From a virus (lineage: Duplodnaviria > Heunggongvirae > Uroviricota > Caudoviricetes), in IMG/VR virus record IMGVR_UViG_2778261540_000003: a DNA stretch of 64,000 bases, one strand, 5' to 3'. Below are positions 42,574-51,174 of the stretch, piece after piece (within the stretch, counting starts at the first letter, position 1; every line of letters begins with the position of its first letter). The notes below the pieces were generated by a model. The model had not been told where the DNA came from, did no database searches, and saw nothing but the letters and a program-made list of their open reading frames with translations. Made by a program: the position numbers and the translations under genes.

Positions 42574-43152
42574 ATGTTGCGCTTTACTGAGGAAGAGTTT
42601 CAGGCTTTTAGTGAGCGTCGAAATAAGGGGCGGTCCAGGCCAAAAACCAAAAAGGATCCATTCTTATCGCTTGCGCCGGTAAAAGAAGTTTCTCCACATG
42701 CGAAGGCACTTGCAGCACTTGCAAAGAACCCAGACCTGCGCGACGGAAATTGCGAGCACTTCGAGCAGGTTTTCATTTTTGATTACTTCGAACGCAAGCA
42801 CCCTGACATCTATGAGCTGTTGCATGCAACGCCTAACGGAGGGAAACGTTCAAAAGCAACCGCCGGGAAAATGAAGGCTGAAGGGCAGAAAAAAGGTTAT
42901 CCGGACATGAGTCTCGATAAAGCATGCGGTATTTATCACGGCATGCGAATTGAGCTTAAAGAACCAAATGGTAAAGCCCCGACGAAAGAGCAGATCGCCT
43001 GGATGCGCAGGCTTAGAGAGGAAGGCTACTACGTTGTTCTTGCGTATGGTGCAGAACAAGCGATTACCGCCATCCTGGAATACATAAGTCTTAAAAAGGG
43101 TGAGGCTATTGAGCATGTATTGAACGGCGATAAGTGGTTGCATGCTGCTTAA
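42574..43152 (+). CDS. VRR-NUC-like nuclease
   Basis: 192-aa ORF; C-terminal block IELKEPNGKAPTKEQIAWMRRLREEGYYVVLAYGAEQA fits the VRR-NUC/PD-(D/E)xK pattern. Confidence 0.45.
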   Translation: MLRFTEEEFQAFSERRNKGRSRPKTKKDPFLSLAPVKEVSPHAKALAALAKNPDLRDGNCEHFEQVFIFDYFERKHPDIYELLHATPNGGKRSKATAGKMKAEGQKKGYPDMSLDKACGIYHGMRIELKEPNGKAPTKEQIAWMRRLREEGYYVVLAYGAEQAITAILEYISLKKGEAIEHVLNGDKWLHAA

Positions 43153-43315
43153 AATAATAAATTAATTAGTGCATGTACGCTCTTTGTGGTAGTGCACTTT
43201 AACATCGGGAGAATAATCGTGTCATCCAAGGTTAATTATGAGTCGCTGGCATCGGTCATGCCGCGTAATGAACAGGAAACAGATGCTGTAGTGGACCCTG
43301 TAATCGCTGAAATGA

Positions 43316-43978
43316 ATGCTCGCCTGGAGGCTGAATTTGCAGCTGAGAATGAACATACCACCCAGGGCGACTAGGACTGTTTTTTGTGTCGGTAGCGGTC
43401 CGTCACTCACTCGTGAGGACTGTGCTGCTATAGAAAAAACTGGCTGTTCAATCATCGCGGTTAACAATTCCTGGCAGATGTTCGATGACATTTATGCTTT
43501 ATACGCCGGTGATTTGTCATGGTGGAAGCAATACGGATCCACCATACCGGGAGGGAGATTCCGCAAAGTGACAGCCAACCTGGCGGCGGCGAAATCATTT
43601 TCGTTGGAGTACAGGCGATATTGTGGACCGGCGGAAGGGGTAAATAGCGGCGCGCAGGCTATCAGTCTGGCTGCTGAATCAGGGGCTGAAGTAGTGGTAT
43701 TAGTCGGCTATGACTGTTCTCTGCAAAACGGCCTTCATTGGCATGGCGCGCACCCTCAAGCACTACGGAATCCAACGCAGGTGTCTATTTCAAAATGGCA
43801 ACAGCAGTTCCTGGATACCCGCAAAAAACACGCAGATTTACATATTTTGAATGCAAGTAGGAGCAGTGCAATTCAATGTTTCCCAAGAATAAATTTAGAG
43901 GCAGTGATCGCGTTATTATCGTCGGCAGTGGCCCAAGCGCCGCAAACTTTGTTGCGCCGCGCGGAGTGCCGATTATAG
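43316..43978 (+). CDS. Rossmann-like glycosyltransferase-type protein (GT42/DUF115-like), paralog A
   Basis: VFCVGSGPSLT ... IIAVNNS ... VVLVGYDCS; paralogous to the next ORF, which it overlaps by about 100 nt. Confidence 0.4.
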   Translation: MLAWRLNLQLRMNIPPRATRTVFCVGSGPSLTREDCAAIEKTGCSIIAVNNSWQMFDDIYALYAGDLSWWKQYGSTIPGGRFRKVTANLAAAKSFSLEYRRYCGPAEGVNSGAQAISLAAESGAEVVVLVGYDCSLQNGLHWHGAHPQALRNPTQVSISKWQQQFLDTRKKHADLHILNASRSSAIQCFPRINLEAVIALLSSAVAQAPQTLLRRAECRL

Positions 43979-44502
43979 CGGTCAATGGGGCCATCGACTG
44001 GCTTAACCGCGCTTCTTATTTTTTCACCCTTGATCCATCCCCAGACAATATGCGGCGCGTTGGTCGTGGCCGCCGTCGCCGTGGTGTTTGTTATTGCATG
44101 GCACTACCCGATGTTAAAGAACGTGAAGTCAGAGATGGCGTTCTGTGCTTCCGTCGTGTGGCTGAACGCGGCATGGAGCCAAAAAATACGAATTCTCCCG
44201 AGTGGTGGGCGTGGCGCTGGTCCGCACATTTCGGCCTTTGCGAAGATGAGAATGAAATTGCCAGCGGCAATAGTGCATATGGTGCTCTGAACCTGGCTTT
44301 CCATATCGGATTCAAACATGTAGCTCTGGTGGGCGTTGACGCTACGCAAGAACTACGCGTTCACTCCGGCGGCACGCCAAAAAATCTAAGTCACCTGCCT
44401 TTGTTATTCCAGTCTGCGCGTGAACAGATTGACGTTGTTTCATGCGGGAAAATGGGAGGTATTCCGCAGATGACTCTTAAAGAATGGCTGAAGAATACAT
44501 GA
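43876..44502 (+). CDS. Rossmann-like glycosyltransferase-type protein (GT42/DUF115-like), paralog B
   Basis: [11 protein letters not shown] ... IIAVNGA ... ALVGVDAT; same motif order as paralog A. Confidence 0.4.
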   Translation: MFPKNKFRGSDRVIIVGSGPSAANFVAPRGVPIIAVNGAIDWLNRASYFFTLDPSPDNMRRVGRGRRRRGVCYCMALPDVKEREVRDGVLCFRRVAERGMEPKNTNSPEWWAWRWSAHFGLCEDENEIASGNSAYGALNLAFHIGFKHVALVGVDATQELRVHSGGTPKNLSHLPLLFQSAREQIDVVSCGKMGGIPQMTLKEWLKNT

Positions 44503-45176
44503 TGGCACCCACAATTTATCACCGTATCGACGGTACCAAATACAGGAATGTCTGGGTTGTTGGTGATCTGCATGGTTGCTACACCAGACTGATGTCCGAA
44601 CTCCATCGTGTGGATTTTGACCCGGCGCAGGATTTACTGATATCGGTCGGCGACCTTATCGATCGCGGTACTGAAAATGTCGAATGTCTGGAACTATTGC
44701 AGATGCCCTGGTTCAGGGCAGTGATGGGGAACCATGAGCGGCTGATGATTGATGCGTTAAGTCCAGATGGCAACGTGAATAACTGGCTAATGAATGGCGG
44801 ACAATGGTTCTTCATGCTGGACACTGATCAGGAAATATTAGCCTGGGCGCTGGTGGAGCTGGTAAAGCGTCTGCCCTATATCATTGAGTTGAACACGGGG
44901 CAAGAAACTATCGTTATAGCCCATGCCGACTATCCGGATAATGAATACCAATTCGGTAAGGAGGTGCCGCTTTTCAACGTTGTCTGGGCGCGCGAGCGTA
45001 TCAGTGATTCGATGGATGATATTGGTGGCGAAATTTCGGGCGCAGATCGTTTTATCTTTGGTCACACTCCGGTGAAAAGCCCGAAGACATTCTGGAATCA
45101 GCAGTATATCGACACTGGTGCCGTATTTTGCGGAAACCTGACATTGATGAAAGTGAAAGGTGATGGTGCAGCATGA
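44484..45176 (+). CDS. Ser/Thr protein phosphatase (lambda PP/PrpA-type metallophosphoesterase)
   Basis: Calcineurin-like motifs GDLHGC, GDLIDRG, GNHE. Confidence 0.8.
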   Translation: MAEEYMMAPTIYHRIDGTKYRNVWVVGDLHGCYTRLMSELHRVDFDPAQDLLISVGDLIDRGTENVECLELLQMPWFRAVMGNHERLMIDALSPDGNVNNWLMNGGQWFFMLDTDQEILAWALVELVKRLPYIIELNTGQETIVIAHADYPDNEYQFGKEVPLFNVVWARERISDSMDDIGGEISGADRFIFGHTPVKSPKTFWNQQYIDTGAVFCGNLTLMKVKGDGAA

Positions 45177-45874
45177 AGATTGCTTTAGTTTTTCGCTCTG
45201 GTGGTGACTATAACGCTTCCGATGTGCAGTGGCTGGTTAATCAACTGCCAAAAGGCTATGAAATTATTTGCCTGACAGACCTGAAGCGTTTACATGTACC
45301 TGGCGTCAAAGTTGTCCCATTGATCAACCAGTGGCAAAAGTGCCGTGGCTGGTGGGCGAAAATCGAGTTGTTCCGACCGGATATAACCGATGATCTGTTC
45401 TATCTGGATTTGGACACGGTTATTGCCGGTGATATACGCCCAATCCTAGAGCATCCACCAACCAGCTTCACCATGCTTAGGGATTTTTACCATCCACAAT
45501 ATCGTGGCAGCGGTGCCCTGTGGATACCAAATAGTGTTAAAGCGCATATCTGGAGTTCATTCTGGCAAGATCCGGAAGGTTGGATTTCTCGTTGTGTCAC
45601 TACTGAGTGCTGGGGTGACCAGGGGTTCTTACGAAAGGTTATGGGCGATGATACACCAGCATTTCAGGATCTGTATCCAGGATGGTTTGTAAGTTACAAG
45701 GCCGATGTTGTGGAACCTGGTTCAAAATATGCGAGCGCGCGTTACTCCAGGGGGAATGGGGCATTACCAAAAGACTGCCGAATAATCTTTTTCCACGGCA
45801 AACCGCGACCTCGCGAAGTGTCAGAGGATTGGCTTCCCCTTATCAGCTCATTTTTTGAGCGAGAATCAGAATAA
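45173..45874 (+). CDS. Putative nucleotide-sugar transferase-like protein (DxD motif)
   Basis: 233-aa ORF coupled to the phosphatase gene (ATGA overlap); [11 protein letters not shown]xD-like motif. Confidence 0.35.
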   Translation: MKIALVFRSGGDYNASDVQWLVNQLPKGYEIICLTDLKRLHVPGVKVVPLINQWQKCRGWWAKIELFRPDITDDLFYLDLDTVIAGDIRPILEHPPTSFTMLRDFYHPQYRGSGALWIPNSVKAHIWSSFWQDPEGWISRCVTTECWGDQGFLRKVMGDDTPAFQDLYPGWFVSYKADVVEPGSKYASARYSRGNGALPKDCRIIFFHGKPRPREVSEDWLPLISSFFERESE

Positions 45875-45875
45875 T

Positions 45876-45892
45876 ATTGCTCTAATAATTCC
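45876..45892 (+). promoter_or_regulatory. C1-operator-like site
   Basis: ATTGCTCTAATAATTCC, 14/17 match, 2 bp after the preceding stop codon. Confidence 0.55.
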
Positions 45893-45900
45893 ATATTTTT

Positions 45901-45930
45901 AAAACGTGATGTACACTCATCACGTTTTTT
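45901..45930. terminator. Hairpin terminator between two inverted operator copies
   Basis: AAAACGTGATG-TACACT-CATCACGTTTT perfect stem flanked by an A-run and a T-run. Confidence 0.5.
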
Positions 45931-45941
45931 ATTAGAGCAAT
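45925..45941 (-). promoter_or_regulatory. C1-operator-like site (inverted orientation)
   Basis: Reverse complement reads ATTGCTCTAATAAAAAA, 14/17 match. Confidence 0.5.
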
Positions 45942-45955
45942 CTACAAGGTGCACT

Positions 45956-46174
45956 ATGTGGCCATTCCGACGGAAATATCACTACTGGCTGATCGCCTTT
46001 GTTACGCCGACCGGCGGTATCAGGCATGTCATCACCAGGTATCGCAACAAGAGACTCACCTTAGCCAGAATTTTACAGGCTGCCATAGGTGAGGGACTGG
46101 ATACAAATTGCGTAGTCCTTCCTCCTTCATACTTAGGAAAAATGACCGAAGCACAAGCTAATACGGAACTTTGA
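45956..46174 (+). CDS. Hypothetical small protein
   Basis: 72-aa ORF directly upstream of and coupled to the 420-aa ORF. Confidence 0.3.
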   Translation: MWPFRRKYHYWLIAFVTPTGGIRHVITRYRNKRLTLARILQAAIGEGLDTNCVVLPPSYLGKMTEAQANTEL

Positions 46175-46175
46175 A

Positions 46176-47438
46176 ATGAGCACTTCAGCACAAAACCAAT
46201 CAATCGAAAATGTATCTATCCCTGATGTCCTGAATGCCGGTATCCCGGCCATTATCCAGAACATCCGGGCCGCGCAACGCCGCGTTAGTTGTGATGACCT
46301 CACAGCACGTTTTTTTGATAATGCGGTTCAGTCAGCGGAGATGCTTCACGCACAGCTTATTGATGTTTATAACGCAGAAGCTGATAGCCATAACTCCCTG
46401 GTAGATGCAGCTGAAAATATGCAGTTGGATCTCGGTCTGAAGGGTAAAGAAATTGAAGAGCTTCAGCTGCAAATTGAACATTTGAAACGCCAGCAACAGG
46501 ACGCGATCGACGATGCGACGCATGACGCCAACCAGCGTGCTGATAATGCCGAACGTATAAGCATTGAGCTGGAAACAAAACTCAATGAAATGACCGCGAT
46601 GGTTGAACTGCGGAACTCACAGATTTCAACGCTAAAATCTCAATATAAAGAGATCATGAAACTTGATCCTTTTAACCTTGAGAAACGCTATAACAAAGCT
46701 AAAAGCGAGCGACAGGAACTGCGTAAGCAGGTCGCCGACCTTAACCAACAGCTCAAAAAAACTATTAAAGATGCAAGCGAAGCGCGCGTGGCATTTGCTA
46801 ATAAAAAAGCAGAGGTTACCGCGCTGGTTAATGAGAATGCCAAATTTGCGACGCTCAAGAAGGAAATGTATGGCATTACTGAGCGCCGTTTCCCTGCAAG
46901 CAAACTTCATCCGACGTTAGGGCAAATCTCCTTCTTCCCGCGCCTCCTGGCTTATGGGATCTCATCGCCTAAAGAGTTCAATAACGAGCGTCCTTATATC
47001 GTTTCTAAGCTGGACTTTGCTTATCAGTTCTGCTGCGACATGGGCTATGCCATTGATATCCGAATCAACGAATGGTTGATGCCAAACTTCCAGCCGCTGG
47101 CCATTTTCCGCGAGTTCCAGCCGGAAGGTTGGGTAGAGTTCTTCCATGAATTGATCTGTAAAGAGATGGAAAGCCGCCGCCCGGAACTGGTCCGCCGTGT
47201 CGAGTGGGCGCAAGAGGTTATGTTGGCAGATGCAGAGCTGCCGTTCGAACCGGAATTTATTGATGATCTGGCAACTAAAGGGCTGCATACCCTGTTTGAT
47301 GTGGTTACCCGCCGTCATGAGCAGTTGGTTGTCGAATTGGGTTTAGAGGAAACAGCGGCAAGAAGACTTCTCGATGTTTGCTATGCACGTAGCGATGCAT
47401 GGGAAAAAGAGAACGGCGGCACTATTTACGTTCGCTGA
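46176..47438 (+). CDS. Hypothetical coiled-coil protein
   Basis: 420-aa ORF; N-terminal half is a long predicted coiled coil, C-terminal half globular. Confidence 0.45.
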   Translation: MSTSAQNQSIENVSIPDVLNAGIPAIIQNIRAAQRRVSCDDLTARFFDNAVQSAEMLHAQLIDVYNAEADSHNSLVDAAENMQLDLGLKGKEIEELQLQIEHLKRQQQDAIDDATHDANQRADNAERISIELETKLNEMTAMVELRNSQISTLKSQYKEIMKLDPFNLEKRYNKAKSERQELRKQVADLNQQLKKTIKDASEARVAFANKKAEVTALVNENAKFATLKKEMYGITERRFPASKLHPTLGQISFFPRLLAYGISSPKEFNNERPYIVSKLDFAYQFCCDMGYAIDIRINEWLMPNFQPLAIFREFQPEGWVEFFHELICKEMESRRPELVRRVEWAQEVMLADAELPFEPEFIDDLATKGLHTLFDVVTRRHEQLVVELGLEETAARRLLDVCYARSDAWEKENGGTIYVR

Positions 47439-47457
47439 CAGTTACAGTGTCACTTTT

Positions 47458-47493
47458 AATGCTGGTGGAGTGCGCCCACCAGCATTTTTTTCG
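47458..47493 (+). terminator. Rho-independent terminator
   Basis: AATGCTGGTGG-AGTGCGC-CCACCAGCATT hairpin followed by seven Ts. Confidence 0.6.
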
Positions 47494-47510
47494 TCCAATG
47501 AGGAGGGCAT

Positions 47511-48017
47511 TTGAGTATTTTCAATAAACACGCACACCAGGAACGTCCGTATATCGTCATAGTTGATATTGATGGAACAATATCAGAGGCAACTGAAGAC
47601 AGACTGCATTTGCTTCCGCCACCAGGTAAAGGTGCATTAACAAAGGACTGGAACGAGTTTAATCTCGCCTGTGACACCGATACTCCCATCACTCCAGTTA
47701 TTGATATGGTGCGCCAGTTATTTAACGTTTACACGGTCTGGTTTGTAACCGGGCGCTGTGAGATCGCAAGGGATAAAACACTAGCCTGGCTGCGGAAGTA
47801 CGTAACAAACGGGGCTGAGCCTTTGCTATCTATGCGTCCTGCCACCGATGACAGAAATGACGGCCCAGCAAAGATTGATCTCCTTAAGAAAATTGGTCTA
47901 AGTAAAATCGCGTTCGCGCTGGAAGATAAGATTGAAGTGGCGCGTGTTTTCAGGAGGCACGGCGTGCTTACGTTAATGGTCAGGGAGTATGAAAACGCGC
48001 TTCTCCATCAACAATGA
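47511..48017 (+). CDS. HAD-superfamily phosphatase-like protein
   Basis: N-terminal VIVDIDGTI (DxDGT) motif typical of HAD hydrolases. Confidence 0.5.
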   Translation: MSIFNKHAHQERPYIVIVDIDGTISEATEDRLHLLPPPGKGALTKDWNEFNLACDTDTPITPVIDMVRQLFNVYTVWFVTGRCEIARDKTLAWLRKYVTNGAEPLLSMRPATDDRNDGPAKIDLLKKIGLSKIAFALEDKIEVARVFRRHGVLTLMVREYENALLHQQ

Positions 48018-48033
48018 TTGCTCTAATAAATAT
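48017..48033 (+). promoter_or_regulatory. C1-operator-like site
   Basis: ATTGCTCTAATAAATAT, 16/17 match, overlapping the preceding stop codon. Confidence 0.7.
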
Positions 48034-48211
48034 TGATTTTTAAAACAGAGAAAGTGAAAATAAAAACATGCCGCAAGGCGCGGCATGTATCCAATCAATC
48101 ACAGGAGCTGAAAATATGAACACGGCATTCAAAATCATTATGGCCGCGATCTATTTCTGGCTGTTCTCTATCACTTTTGGCGGCATCGTCGCACATGGGT
48201 AAGGGGGATGC

Positions 48212-48793
48212 ATGAAAGGCGAAGTGAAAGAGCGCGGCATGATTTTTAACGATGAGATGGTCCGGGCAATTCTTGGCGGGAATAAAACACAGACTCGCAG
48301 GATTGTTGAAGAAAAATTCTATGGACGGGCAGTGGCCGCAGAGTTGCTTGCCAAGCATTGTCCATATGGTCAACCGGGCGATCGTATTTGGGTTCGCGAA
48401 ACCTACCGGGTACATGGCAAAGCGACGGACGTCGCAACGCTGGTTTATCGCGCAAGCGTGCGTAACTCCTGGACAGAACAAACGCACCGGGTTCCGGTCG
48501 AGGTTTGTAATAAACCAGTATCAGAAAAGTGGACGCCATCAATTCACATGCCGCGCTGGGCATCGCGCATTCTTCTGGAAATTACCAACGTGCGCGTTGA
48601 GCGGTTGAACGATATCAGCGAATGCGATGCAAGGGCTGAGGGCGCACCAACAGAATCGACCCTCATTGGCGATAAGCATTACCCAGGTTTCCGTAGCCTA
48701 TGGAAATCAATTTATGGCGAAGATAGTTGGAACGCTAATCCTTGGGTGTGGGTAATAGAGTTTGAGCGTATTCAGGGGGCAACCAGTGAGTGA
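48212..48793 (+). CDS. Hypothetical protein
   Basis: 193-aa ORF, first in an operator-controlled operon. Confidence 0.4.
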   Translation: MKGEVKERGMIFNDEMVRAILGGNKTQTRRIVEEKFYGRAVAAELLAKHCPYGQPGDRIWVRETYRVHGKATDVATLVYRASVRNSWTEQTHRVPVEVCNKPVSEKWTPSIHMPRWASRILLEITNVRVERLNDISECDARAEGAPTESTLIGDKHYPGFRSLWKSIYGEDSWNANPWVWVIEFERIQGATSE

Positions 48794-49046
48794 GTCAAAA
48801 TGCCAAATTAATGGCAACAAGATAGAACCGTGCGCGGCGTTGGCACAATCCCTGGAGCATGACGCTGAATACACGACGCGAAAAGGTCTGCTGAAATACA
48901 AAATCTATAACCATGAATTAATTCATTCACAAGACCTGATCATGCTGCGGTCTGGTGAATTTTCTAAATCGCCTATTCGAGTTTCATTTTGCCCGTTCTG
49001 TGGTGAAAGTCTGAAAACGTGGGAAGCGGAGGCAACCAGTGAATAA
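48762..49046 (+). CDS. Hypothetical small Cys-containing protein
   Basis: 94-aa ORF overlapping both neighbours; FCPFCGESL motif. Confidence 0.35.
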   Translation: MSVFRGQPVSESKCQINGNKIEPCAALAQSLEHDAEYTTRKGLLKYKIYNHELIHSQDLIMLRSGEFSKSPIRVSFCPFCGESLKTWEAEATSE

Positions 49047-49683
49047 CCGCTTTTACATGATGTGCTTGCGTGAAACTGTGGGTAATAACGCCTCATTCCA
49101 TTGCCATAACGGCAATGGTTACAGTTCTGATATCGATCGCGCTCATGTTTACACGCTGGAAGAAGCCCAAAAAGCCTGGAATTGTGGACGAGATATCGAT
49201 CAGCCTGTTTGCGCTGATAGCGTGGATGCAATGGCTGTGTGGCACGTTGATTGCCAGTACATCCCCACAGAAAGCCTGATTGAGTCAGATTGCACTGCGT
49301 ATGTGGCCTACAAAAAAGGTAGCTGGAACGGCAACGATGTTTACTGGCTTCAACACGGTGGATTGCCAACAGATGACTTCAGTAAAGCGACCATCTTTAG
49401 CGTCGCCAACAAAAACGAACCAGGAATAGTTTGGTTGCCATTTTCCATTGCTGATGCAGCAAAGCGTCGGACGTTCAATATCAATAACTTTAACCGCAGA
49501 ACAATGGTTCAGGGCGCAGGTTTGGTCATGCCTGACTGGTTGAAAGAGCAGAACAGAAGAAAGAAGTCGCGAAGCGGGAAGGTGCGTTGGAATTGTCCGC
49601 ATTGCGGAAAAATAACCTGGCAGTACAGCCCATATGATTTTGAAGGCTGTAGTGATTACAACTGTGAAGGATGGCGAGAATGA
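49039..49683 (+). CDS. Hypothetical protein with C-terminal Cys cluster
   Basis: 214-aa ORF; NCPHCGKITWQYSPYDFEGCSDYNCEGW. Confidence 0.4.
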   Translation: MNNRFYMMCLRETVGNNASFHCHNGNGYSSDIDRAHVYTLEEAQKAWNCGRDIDQPVCADSVDAMAVWHVDCQYIPTESLIESDCTAYVAYKKGSWNGNDVYWLQHGGLPTDDFSKATIFSVANKNEPGIVWLPFSIADAAKRRTFNINNFNRRTMVQGAGLVMPDWLKEQNRRKKSRSGKVRWNCPHCGKITWQYSPYDFEGCSDYNCEGWRE

Positions 49684-50429
49684 CAATTGACTATCAGGCA
49701 CTGCGTGAGGCGGCAGAGCGTGCAATTCCGGCAATGGAACACCTGTTAATGTTGCCAGTTGATGATGATTTGTTAACTGAACAGGAACTTAAGGATTACG
49801 GTGTGGATATTGATGCGCTCAACGCCTTCAAATTTCTGACCGGACCAGAAACCGTGCTGGCACTACTGGATGAACGGGAAAGAAACCAGCAATACATAAA
49901 ATGCCGCGACCAGGAGAACGAGGATATTGCGCTAACGGTAGGGAAGCTGAGAGTTGAGCTTGAGGAAGTAAAACAACACGCTGAAGAATTATCCGAAACC
50001 AAGGCTGTTCGTAACCAATGGCGGCCAGATATTTGCCCAATAACCGGACGTGCATTTTTCATGTGGATTGAGCATCCAACATTGGGAAATGTGCCGACAT
50101 ATGGTGGCCCATTAGATAGTTACACCATTCCAACAAAGGACGGTGACGGTGAGTTTTCATGTGAGCGTTACGATCATGATTTTGGCGGTTGGGTAGAAAG
50201 CGAATGTCTTGGGTTATATCTGATTGATGATAGAGAACAATGCAGGGTCTACGAACTGGAGGAACGCGTTAAGGAACTGGATGCTCGGGAAATATCGCTC
50301 CCGGAACGTAGCAGCATGCTTCATCGAACAGATTTTCACGATGATTACCAAACGGTAATGGCATACAAAGTTTCTGAAGTCATCGATGCAATCCGCGCCG
50401 CAGGCATTCGCATCAAAGGAGGTGAGTAA
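49671..50429 (+). CDS. Hypothetical protein
   Basis: 252-aa ORF coupled to the upstream gene. Confidence 0.4.
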   Translation: MARMTIDYQALREAAERAIPAMEHLLMLPVDDDLLTEQELKDYGVDIDALNAFKFLTGPETVLALLDERERNQQYIKCRDQENEDIALTVGKLRVELEEVKQHAEELSETKAVRNQWRPDICPITGRAFFMWIEHPTLGNVPTYGGPLDSYTIPTKDGDGEFSCERYDHDFGGWVESECLGLYLIDDREQCRVYELEERVKELDAREISLPERSSMLHRTDFHDDYQTVMAYKVSEVIDAIRAAGIRIKGGE

Positions 50430-50601
50430 TGCGTGTGGCATGTATCGGCTTGTTACCGTACCCGACTCGTTTTTGGGCTTCTGCGCTAATTGCAAAGCCG
50501 TATGTCCTGATGGCTGACAACATCATCCCGGCACCAAAGCGCCGCCATACCGGTATTGCAGCGGCACGACGAGCAGCAAAGAGACGCAGGAGAGCAAAGC
50601 G

Positions 50602-50778
50602 ATGAAAAACCGTAAGGCAAAACGACTTTTTTTACAGCGACCTGTGCGTGTGGTGGAGCTGGTTATTAGCAACCATAAGATAGCGGTACTCCATCCATTT
50701 GGTCAGGTGGCTTTTGCCGCAAAGCGTAAGCCTACTGCGTCACAGAACAGGCGGAAGAAAGGGTACGCTGTAAGATGA
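50602..50778 (+). CDS. Small basic protein, tandem paralog 1 (MKNRKAK...)
   Basis: 58-codon ORF below the track size cutoff; GGAG RBS; ATGA overlap with paralog 2. Confidence 0.4.
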   Translation: MKNRKAKRLFLQRPVRVVELVISNHKIAVLHPFGQVAFAAKRKPTASQNRRKKGYAVR

Positions 50779-50963
50779 AAAACCGTAAAGCAAAGATTCT
50801 GTTAGTTCGTAGAAACGCTCCTGGCGTCTGGCAGTGGGTGAGACTCAGCAACCGACGGATGGGGTTGATGAAATATTACGGGATGATGGATTGTGGTTTT
50901 TGCAAAAAGCCCAGCGCGGCGCAAAACCGCTGGAAAAACCACTTGCGCACTAAAGGAGAGTGA
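50775..50963 (+). CDS. Small basic protein, tandem paralog 2 (MKNRKAK...)
   Basis: 62-aa ORF with the same MKNRKAK N-terminus as the upstream micro-ORF; contains CGFC. Confidence 0.4.
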   Translation: MKNRKAKILLVRRNAPGVWQWVRLSNRRMGLMKYYGMMDCGFCKKPSAAQNRWKNHLRTKGE

Positions 50964-50964
50964 T

Positions 50965-51174
50965 ATGGCTATCGCTGCAAGTTACACCATGCATCTCTAT
51001 TGTGATTGCCTCCAGTGTACAGATGGCAAATATAAGTCGCCAGACTTCGGTGAGTATATAGGTACGTCATGGGCTGGCTGTGCAAAAGAGGCGCGCAAGG
51101 ATGGCTGGCGAATAAGCAAAGACAAAACGCGTGCTTTTGCGCCCGGGCATAAAGTTTTGAGGATTAACAAATGA
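50965..51174 (+). CDS. Hypothetical small Cys-rich protein
   Basis: Internal ATG preceded by AAGGAGAG gives MAIAASYTMHLYCDCLQCTDGKYK... Confidence 0.4.
   Translation: MAIAASYTMHLYCDCLQCTDGKYKSPDFGEYIGTSWAGCAKEARKDGWRISKDKTRAFAPGHKVLRINK

Noticed and set aside
43141-43170. Possible additional operator (AATTAATTAGTGCAT)
   Set aside because: It needs an indel to match the 17-bp motif, which is too weak to call
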